From the NCBI RefSeq assembly GCF_006345805.1, contig NW_021828543.1, positions 1-7,794 on the forward strand: 7,794 bases of DNA, written 5' to 3'. Source of the stretch: Octopus sinensis (lineage: Eukaryota). Positions 1 to 6,755 of this stretch are shown here, one piece after another. The first letter of the stretch is position 1, and each line of letters starts with the position of its first letter. The notes under the pieces were generated by a model. The model was not told where the DNA came from. It saw nothing but the letters and a program-made list of their open reading frames with translations, and searched no databases. Made by a program: the position numbers and the translations under genes.

Positions 1-46
1 ACCGGGAACCGGCCCTATGAGCCAGGCTCGAGAAGGAACAAACAAC

Positions 47-74
47 TATATATATATATATATATAATATATTA

Positions 75-137
<63 letters not shown>
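47..137. repeat. (TA)n microsatellite ending in (CA)3; likely the simple-repeat tail of the adjacent minus-strand SINE
   Basis: Near-perfect TA run 47-130 with small interruptions, then CACACAC. It abuts the SINE segment at 138. Confidence 0.95.
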
Positions 138-295
138 TCGACTGGCTTCTTTCGGTTTGAATTCACTAAATCCACTCACAAGGCTTTGGTCGGCCCTGGG
201 CTATAGTAATAGACACTTCTGTAAAGTGCCGAGCAGTGGGACTGTACCCAACGCCACATGATTTGGAAGTAAACTTCTCAGCCACACCTGCTCCT
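138..295 (-). mobile_element. tRNA-derived SINE (family 1), 5' half
   Basis: The reverse complement reads AGGAGCAGGTGTGGCTGAGAAGTTTACTTCC...CAGTCCCACTGCTCGGCACTTT...GGGCCGACCAAAGCCTTGTGAGTGGATTTAGT...AAGAAGCCAGTCG. This is colinear with the copy at 6590-6755. Confidence 0.85.
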
Positions 296-300
296 GTATG

Positions 301-324
301 AAACAAACAAACAAACAAACAAAC
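301..324. repeat. (AAAC)6 microsatellite
   Basis: Read directly from the sequence. Confidence 0.95.
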
Positions 325-384
325 AGAAACCAGATTGGGCGGCCATTGATCAAAGGTTTGGTGGATCAGAGTGGACTTGGGTCC

Positions 385-423
385 GACGACAACGACGACG
401 ACGACGATGACAACGACGGCGAC
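385..423. repeat. Imperfect (GAC)n microsatellite
   Basis: GACGACAACGACGACGACGACGATGACAACGACGGCGAC. Confidence 0.9.
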
Positions 424-1551
424 AATCAGTCGAACTAATATTTAATCTTTCTTGTGCGGTTCTTGCAATTAATTTCGAAGATATTTATCAATTTTGTATG
501 GCGCTTACTAGAATTAATTTCAAAGATATTTATCATTTTTTTCGCTAAAATTTGTTATAAAAAGAATACTAATATATTCAGTCACGTAAAGAACAAAAAA
601 AAACCCCAAAAAACAAAACGCTTCAACAACAGATGCGGGACAAATACATCATTGCTACGAGGGCAGCTAACTAGAATAGAAATAGTTAAGCTTAATGAAG
701 GGATAATTAAAAAAAAATCTCATTAGATATAATGATGTGCTCAGAAAAAGTCAATGTTAACTCACTGACTCTAATTATTTTGATAATTTCGCGACGTACG
801 GGAGATAACTCGGAACATGTTTCGGCATAATCAGTCCTCGTCAGTGAAAACTGGTCTTTAGTGAAATAGCGATGCGAGAATGAAGACGTAATATATATAA
901 TACATGAGCAGACGTGTTTGAAAATGACGTAGGATATCGGTGTGTAGCAGTATTTGGTTGCTTTGAATTCTAAAGAGCTAAACATAAATGGCTCTCGGTT
1001 AGAATTTCCGACCGTAAATGTTCAGGTGTTTGGACAACTAAACTATGAGGCTCATTAAATTAGCATGAAAATGACTGAGTATTCCAAACACGAGTGATCC
1101 TAATGTAACCCTCACGCGAAATCAGCCGGACACCATGTATAATTGGGTAAACGGAAACTGGCAAGAAGCCCGTCAGAAGGATTATACCTCTAAAGTATGA
1201 GTCGACCCTCGGCGATCCGTCTGAGGTCCACGTTGATTGTTCTGTTCTGTTTAGTAGCAAAACGCCTTTACACGGTGTGTAAGGCAATTAGCGTCGTTCC
1301 CTCGCCATACTACCCCTCTGGGCCTCCAATTACCAATTGGTGTAGAAGAGTGCAATAAGCATAGCCAATGATGAGGCTACCCCGCAGTAGCAGCTCACTT
1401 GCTAGTTGACGTTCAATCGTTGCCTGATGGTACAGATCTTCCACCTGGCCTTTAATTCGTTGCTCTAGGACTCCTCCTCTTTGTCGATTATCCAACATCC
1501 TGCTGTCGACGTCTTCAATGTATCACTAACACGAGAGGCTTAAAGGTTGCT

Positions 1552-1724
1552 AGCACTTGCTCAAGGTGCCACACCGGTATACGGACGGAAGGGGCGACTT
1601 ACTCTCCCTTTTTACGACGCAAGGTTATTAAAAATAATACTTCCCGAAGATGCCATGCATCGGAATCGAAACCAGGATTTCATGGTTGGAAAGCGAACTT
1701 CTGAACTATTCGGCCACACACGCC
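1552..1724 (-). mobile_element. Old, diverged tRNA-derived SINE fragment(s)
   Basis: The minus strand from 1724 reads GGCGTGTGTGGCCGAATAGTTCAGAAGTTCGCTTTCCAACCATGAAATCCTGGTTTCGATTCC, a family 1-like head with B-box-like GGTTTCGATTCC. The minus strand of 1552-1573 reads TGTGGCACCTTGAGCAAGTGCT, the central motif shared with the other SINEs here. Confidence 0.6.
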
Positions 1725-2002
1725 AATACTCGCAGAAGACGAATGGACATTACATTTCTCAGAAGAAATAATTGGAACTTTATTTCTAAATTACCGATAG
1801 TAATGTCTTTTTGAAAGCATTATCCTTTGGATTTACACAAGGACGAGTTAAAAGTCATGGAATATTCGCCATTTGTACACTTCCGCACCACATCGGAGGT
1901 CATTGTGTTCACAGTTATACAATATAAATATGAGAAACACTGCTTATCTTCACTTCCGTTTATAAACGTAGGCTGCGACTTTACTACATGGTGCAACTAG
2001 AT

Positions 2003-2098
2003 TATGTATGTATGTATGTATGTATGTATGTATGTATGTATGTATGTATGTATGTATGTATGTATGTATGTATGTATGTATATATATATATATATATA
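2003..2098. repeat. (TATG)19 followed by (TA)10
   Basis: Read directly from the sequence. It explains the MYVC-repeat ORF at 2008-2214. Confidence 0.97.
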
Positions 2099-2192
2099 GG
2101 AATAGACACTTGATTACGATCAGAGATCAACCGATAAAAACAGAATGGTCAGCTTGCATTGCAAATACATTCTCGAAAGATGACGTTAATTT

Positions 2193-2233
2193 GCAGCAGC
2201 AGCAGGTGCAGTAGTAGTAGTAGTAGTAGCAGC

Positions 2234-2280
<47 letters not shown>

Positions 2281-2333
2281 GTGGTTAGTAGCAGCAGCAG
2301 CAGCAGCAGTATTGGCAGCATTTGAAATGGCAC

Positions 2334-2389
<56 letters not shown>

Positions 2390-2431
2390 GTAGTAGTAGT
2401 AGTAGTAGTAGTAGCAGCAGAATCATCATCG

Positions 2432-2464
<33 letters not shown>

Positions 2465-2599
2465 CCATCAACATCATCATCAGCAGCAGCAGCTTCATCA
2501 TCATCACCATCATTATCATCAGTGGTAATTGTATTAGTTTTAATATCAATAGTAGTAGTAGTAGTAGCAGCAGTAGGAGGAGGAGCAGCAGTAGCAGCA

Positions 2600-2668
<69 letters not shown>
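2193..2668. repeat. Compound trinucleotide array (GCA/GTA/TTA/TCA blocks)
   Basis: Successive homogeneous blocks of related triplets. It gives rise to the three overlapping homopolymer ORFs (2127-2636, 2149-2715, 2159-2743). Confidence 0.97.
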
Positions 2669-2980
2669 AGAATGTTAGTAGGCTGTCTGTCGACGATAGC
2701 TATACGTATAGTCACACAAGTCCCGTTACATAAAAATAAATAAATAAATGAAAACGGATCGCTCTCTCTCCATTAGATTTTTTTTTGTCTTGGCCGGTTG
2801 TAGCCCATCCAGAATCCTAGTTCCAAGCATGTGCCCAAATATAGCAGCACCATCAGTTCTCAGATTCACAACACACCTTTTATTGGGTTACAAATGGGCA
2901 AAACGTAAGGAAACAATTGTTACTGTCTGACCGATCCACTTTGCTTGTCTCCGCTGTGTCTGTCGATCACTTCGACTTAC

Positions 2981-3066
2981 CAGTGTCATACACGACCCGA
3001 CGGTGGGAGCTGTAAGTGGCCATTCAGACTGCTTGAAGTAGCTGTCAAATTGCACTCGAAATACAT
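2981..3066 (-). CDS. Candidate 86-nt internal coding exon of an unidentified gene: (x)VFRVQFDSYFKQSEWPLTAPTVGSCMTL
   Basis: Minus strand: acceptor TTTTTTTGTTTTCCCGTTTTTAAG|AT and donor CTG|GTAAGT. Exactly one of three frames is open (phase 1 in, phase 0 out), and the peptide is not low-complexity. I found no partner exon and do not recognise the protein. Confidence 0.4.
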
Positions 3067-3191
3067 CTTAAAAACGGGAAAACAAAAAAAAAAAAACACA
3101 TTGGAAAACACATTTTCTAAAAAAAAAAATAACATGGGATGGACATATGGAACGCCTATCTCAGAGACCTGCATGAGCAGAACTAACCTTA

Positions 3192-3218
3192 AACAACAAC
3201 AACAACAACAGCGACAGC

Positions 3219-3268
<50 letters not shown>

Positions 3269-3328
3269 CGACGACACGACGACGACGACGACAACAACAA
3301 CAACTACCGTAACAGCAACAACAACAAC
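3192..3328. repeat. (CAA)n/(GAC)n compound microsatellite
   Basis: Read directly from the sequence. It explains the poly-Q, poly-C and poly-V/L ORFs in the track. Confidence 0.95.
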
Positions 3329-3475
3329 GGCAGTGTAGTTAAGATGCACGCTTTGCGAGTACGCGGTTTCGGATTCGATCCCGTTACGTGGCGCTTTGGG
3401 TTAGTGACTTCTACTGTATACTGTATGCCTTGTGAATGAATTTGGTCGACGGAATAAGTGCAGAAGCCCGTCGTA
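3329..3475 (+). mobile_element. Diverged family 1 SINE, 5' half
   Basis: GGCAGTGTAGTTAAG...GGATTCGATCCC (B-box-like)...GTGGCGCTTTGGGTTAGTGACTTCTAC...GCCTTGTGAATGAATTTGGTCGACGGAA...AGAAGCCCGTCGTA, colinear with 6590-6755. Confidence 0.7.
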
Positions 3476-3533
3476 TACGCACATACACACACATACGCAC
3501 ACGCACACGCACGTACACACATACACACACACA
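3476..3533. repeat. CA-rich imperfect dinucleotide repeat
   Basis: Read directly from the sequence. It follows the SINE motif AGAAGCCCGTCGTA, where the other copies carry their simple repeat. Confidence 0.9.
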
Positions 3534-3535
3534 GA

Positions 3536-3716
3536 GGCGCAGGAGTGGCTATGTAGTAAGAAGCTTGCTTCCCGTAACTTAGCGGTTCAGCAAAAAAGAC
3601 CAATAGAGTAAGTACTAGGCTTACAAAGAATAAGTCCTGGGGTCGATTTGTTCGACTAAAGGCGGTGCTCCAGCATGGCCGTTCAAATGACTGAAGCAAG
3701 TAAAAGAATAAAAGAA
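3536..3716 (+). mobile_element. Family 1 SINE with internal deletion (head fused to 3' part)
   Basis: GGCGCAGGAGTGGCTATGTAGTAAGAAGCTTGCTT matches the head at 6590. It joins at about 3571 to CCCGTAACTTAGCGGTTC...CCAGCATGGCC...GAAGCAAGTAAAAGAATAAAAGAA, which matches the 3' parts at 3851-4092 and 6381-6587. Confidence 0.85.
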
Positions 3717-3850
3717 GGCCACAGCTCATTAGCTGAAACTAGAAAAATCAAAATCGAAAAATCATATATAGGGGTCGGTGGGGCCCAAATTAATCGGCCC
3801 TTAAAAAATAACCCCCCTGGGATTAGGGGGTTTAGGAGGAGTTAACATTT

Positions 3851-4092
3851 ATATATGTGTGTATGTGTGTGTGTGTGTGTATCTATATTTGATAAACCCC
3901 AACCCCTTGACAACCGGTGTAAGTTTGTTTACATTTCCGTAATTCAGGTGTTCGTCAAAAAGATACTGATTAAGTCCCAGGCATAAAAAGAAAACATAAA
4001 TACTAGGTTAGACTTGTTCGACTAAAACTCTTCAAGGCGGTGCCCCAGCATGGCCGCAGCTCAATTACTGAAACAAGTAAAGATAGAAAGAT
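3851..4092 (+). mobile_element. Family 1 SINE, 3' half with (TG)n
   Basis: (TG)n, then CTTGACAACCGG...TTGTTCGACTAAA...AGGCGGTGCCCCAGCATGGCCGCAG...GAAACAAGTAAAAGATAGAAAGA. Similar to 3571-3716 and 7710-7776. Confidence 0.8.
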
Positions 4093-4188
4093 ATACTAAC
4101 ACAGAATCGTGTTTTTTTTTAAAGCACCAGACCCGGATTATCATAGATTATGCCCCATAAGATTAACTACCTTATACGTCATTACATG

Positions 4189-4535
4189 TGAAGACGCATG
4201 GCTTAGTGGTTAGAACATCGGGCTCACAGTCATGACGTAGTGATTTCGATTCCCGGACCGAGCTGCGTGTTGTGTTCTTGAGCAAGACACTTTATTCCAC
4301 GTTGCTCCAGTTCACTCAGCTGTAAAAATGAGTTGCCAAGCTGGAGCCAAGCTGGAGCCAAGCTGTATCTGCCTTTCCCTTGGATAACATCAGTGGTGTG
4401 GAGAGGAGAGGTTGCTATGCATGGGTGACTGCTGGTCGTCCATGAACAACCTTACCCGGACTTGTTCCTCGGAGGGTAACTTTTCTAGGTGTAATCCCAT
4501 GGTCATTCATGACTAAAGGGGTATTATTTTTTTTA
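4189..4535 (+). mobile_element. Full-length tRNA-derived SINE (family 3) with CORE-like central domain and 13-bp TSD
   Basis: Perfect flanking direct repeat ACGTCATTACATG at 4176-4188 and 4536-4548. A-box TGGCTTAGTGG, B-box-like GATTTCGATTCC, central TTCTTGAGCAAGACACTTT...CAGCTGTAAAAATG, T-rich tail. Confidence 0.92.
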
Positions 4536-4977
4536 ACGTCATTACATGCAGAGCGCTCCTCAAAACGGCTGGGTTATATTTAACACAGCAGGCCTGTGGA
4601 TTGACCCCGTCGTTTTATAAACTACCTACATGTCATAGGTCTGTTTGATCAGGGCCGATAAGGGACGACATGGTAATAACAATAGGAACAACGTAACTAT
4701 GATTATAGATAAATACGCAAGCGTATGCACACTCATATAAACGCGTACACCCATTCACGAAGATTCGCGAGCTTCGGACAGCATCTGCAAAACATCAGGC
4801 TTTGGAATTATGTCTAATAACAGAGATCAAATTTACAACTAATGGATCATTTTTGGAGATCTTGGATCAGGCTTACATAATAAAATGGATCGAGTTCAGA
4901 AACGATAGGAAGAGAAAAAAAAAAGTGATTGATTGAGAAGAAATGTCTGAGCATAGCTTGTTAGCGAGAATTTGTTG

Positions 4978-5064
4978 TTGATGATAATAATAATAATAAT
5001 AACAATAGTGTAATAGTAGTAGTAGTATAGTAGTAGTAGTAGTGGTGGTGATAGCAGTAATAAT
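4978..5064. repeat. Compound (ATA)/(GTA)/(GTG) trinucleotide array
   Basis: Read directly from the sequence. Confidence 0.85.
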
Positions 5065-5278
5065 GGTTTTCAAATTTTGGCGCAAAGCCAGCAATTTTTG
5101 AGGTGAGGATAAGTCGATTACATCGACCCCAGTGTTCAACTGGTTCTTATTTTGTCGACCCCGGAAGGATAAAAGGCAAAGTCGATGTAAGCAGCATTTG
5201 AACTTAGAACATTAAACGGACGAAATACTGCTAAGCGCTTTGTCCGGCGTGTTAACCATTCTGTCAGCTCGTCGCCTT
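5065..5278 (-). mobile_element. SINE family 2, copy A (near full length)
   Basis: Minus-strand head AAGGCGACGAGCTGACAGAATGGTTAAC... with B-box-like GTTCAAATGC. Body AGTCGATTACATCGACCCCAGTG...AACTGGT...GGCAAAGTCGA is shared with 5325-5492, 5493-5695 and 5982-6187. TAATAAT flanks both sides. Confidence 0.88.
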
Positions 5279-5324
5279 AATAATAACGATAATACTGAGA
5301 ATAATGATAATGATGATCTTAATA

Positions 5325-5492
5325 AAGGTTTAAAATTTTGCCACAAGGGCAGCAATTTTGGGGGAGGGGGACTAGTCGATTACGTTGACCCCAGTGTTCA
5401 ACTGGTACTTATTTTATCGACCTCGAAACGATGAACGGCAAAGTCGACCTCGGCGGAATTTGAGCTCAGAACGTAAAGACGACCGAAATACC
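5325..5492 (-). mobile_element. SINE family 2, copy B (interrupted by copy C)
   Basis: Colinear with copy A from AAATTTTG...CAGCAATTTT through GGCAAAGTCGACCTCGGCGGAATTTG...GAAATACC, where the tail of copy C begins. Confidence 0.88.
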
Positions 5493-5695
5493 TATTTCTT
5501 TACTACCCACAAGGGGCTAAACACAGAGAGGACAAACAAGGACAGACAAACGGATTAAGTCGATTATATCGACCCCAGTGCGCAACTGGTACTTATTTAA
5601 TCGACCCCGAAAGGATGAAAGGCAAAGTCGACCTCGGCGGAATTTGAACTCAGAACGTAAAGACGACCGAAATGCCGCTAAGTCTTTTGTCCGGC
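5493..5695 (-). mobile_element. SINE family 2, copy C (different 3' tail, 5' end missing)
   Basis: Tail TATTTCTTTACTACCCACAAGGGGCTAAACACAGAGAGGACAAACAAGGACAGACAAACGG is shared in part with copy D, followed by the family body. Homology ends at GTCCGGC (5695). Confidence 0.9.
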
Positions 5696-5981
5696 AATAA
5701 AATTATTAATCATGTTGAAGGTGAGAGACCAACATCAGGACAAATTAGAAGAAGGTGGCGGTTTACATAGAATCGAACATAAGAAAAGACATGTACGACA
5801 AAAATATAGTTGAAGGAAACAAAAAAAAAAAAAAAAGAAGTGAATTGAAATTCTTAATTGGGTAATAGTCACCTCGGGACATTAAAGGAATCATGTAGAT
5901 CCCAAATTATTAATTATTTGACAGTGGAGTGATTTTGTGCGTGGAATTCTGAAAGAAATTTCTTCGCCACCATCCCATCAA

Positions 5982-6187
5982 GCCTAAACAAAGAGATGAC
6001 AAACAAGGACAGACAAACGGATTAAGTCTTTTAGATTGACCCCAGTGTGTAACTGGTACTTGATTTATCGACCCCGAAAGGATGAAAGGCAAAGTCGACC
6101 TCGGCGGAATTTGAACTCAGAACGTAACGGCAGACGAAATACAGCTACGCATTTCGCCCGGCGTGCTAACGTTTCTGCCAGCTCGCC
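5982..6187 (-). mobile_element. SINE family 2, copy D
   Basis: Minus-strand head GGCGAGCTGGCAGAAACGTTAGCACGCCGGGCGAAATGCG...GAGTTCAAATTCCGCC (B-box GTTCAAATTCC). Body and GACAAACAAGGACAGACAAACGG tail match copy C. Confidence 0.9.
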
Positions 6188-6380
6188 ATCTCATCAAGCG
6201 TGGTGAAGTTCTTTATACCCGAGGGACATAGAATGGGACCGTCTTTCAAGGAATGCGTAACCCTTTAATTCCTCCAACTCTTAACCATTACGTAGGGTTT
6301 TTTCTCAAAGAGCTTCGCAGCAACGGAGTTCTAATGTGTGTCACCTCTCCTGGTGAAATCTTTTGACCTCTCTTAGGCCG

Positions 6381-6587
6381 TTTTATCTTGTTTCAGTCAT
6401 TGGATTGTAGCCATGCTGGAGCATCGTCTTGTTGGCCGGGTCGAACAAATCTTTTTAAAGTCTGATGTCTATGCTACCAGTTACTTTTACCGAACTGCTA
6501 AGTGACGTAGATGTAAACAAACCAGCACCGATTGCCAATTGATGGTGTTGGTGGTGATGAAGCATAAACAGAAAACTCTCACACACA
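6381..6587 (-). mobile_element. Diverged family 1 SINE, 3' half
   Basis: TTTTATCTTGTTTCAGTCATT...GCCATGCTGGAGCA...CCGAACTGCTAAGTGACG...ACACAC is the reverse complement of the 3' part seen at 3571-3716 and 3851-4092. Confidence 0.75.
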
Positions 6588-6755
6588 TTGGCGTAGGAGT
6601 GGCTGTGTGGTAAGTAGCTTGCTTACGAACCACATGGTTCCGGGTTCAGTCCCACTGCTTGGCACTTTGGGCAAGTGTCTTCTACCATGGTCTCGGGCCG
6701 CGCTAAAGACTTGTGAGTGGATTTGGTAGACGAAAACTGAAAGAATCCCGTCGTA

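Noticed and set aside
1-46. Possible 3' end of a LINE before the (TA)n run
   Set aside because: Only 46 bp are visible at the window edge, too little to assign.
467-535. Repeat-spacer-repeat pattern resembling CRISPR
   Set aside because: Only two units, no cas genes, and a eukaryotic repeat context.
454-985. ORFs 454-726 (+) and 707-985 (-)
   Set aside because: AT-rich, K/N/I/F-biased chance frames with no recognisable motifs or convincing splice context.
2127-2743. Three long overlapping ORFs (169-194 aa)
   Set aside because: They are homopolymer translations of a triplet array. Openness in several frames and on both strands is expected from repeats lacking stop triplets.
2945-3439. 164-aa poly-Q ORF and the antisense poly-C and poly-V/L ORFs
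   Set aside because: The ORF runs through a poly-A run, a (CAA)n array and a decayed SINE, and starts at TTG. It has no domain-like content.
4189-4260. tRNA gene (also considered at 6590-6655 and 6110-6187)
   Set aside because: A- and B-box-like motifs are present but there is no complete cloverleaf, and each continues into a SINE body.
4767-4800. Minus-strand acceptor-like TGTTTTGCAG as an upstream partner exon for 2981-3066
   Set aside because: There is no good donor giving the required phase 1. Only a weak GG|GTGTAC is available.
4824-4891. Cluster of five GATC sites in about 70 bp
   Set aside because: Reminiscent of a bacterial origin, but there are no DnaA boxes and the context is eukaryotic. 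Treated as chance.
5110-6130. Regularly recurring GTCGA...CCCCAGTG...AACTGGT motifs resembling an array
   Set aside because: Fully explained by four dispersed copies of SINE family 2.
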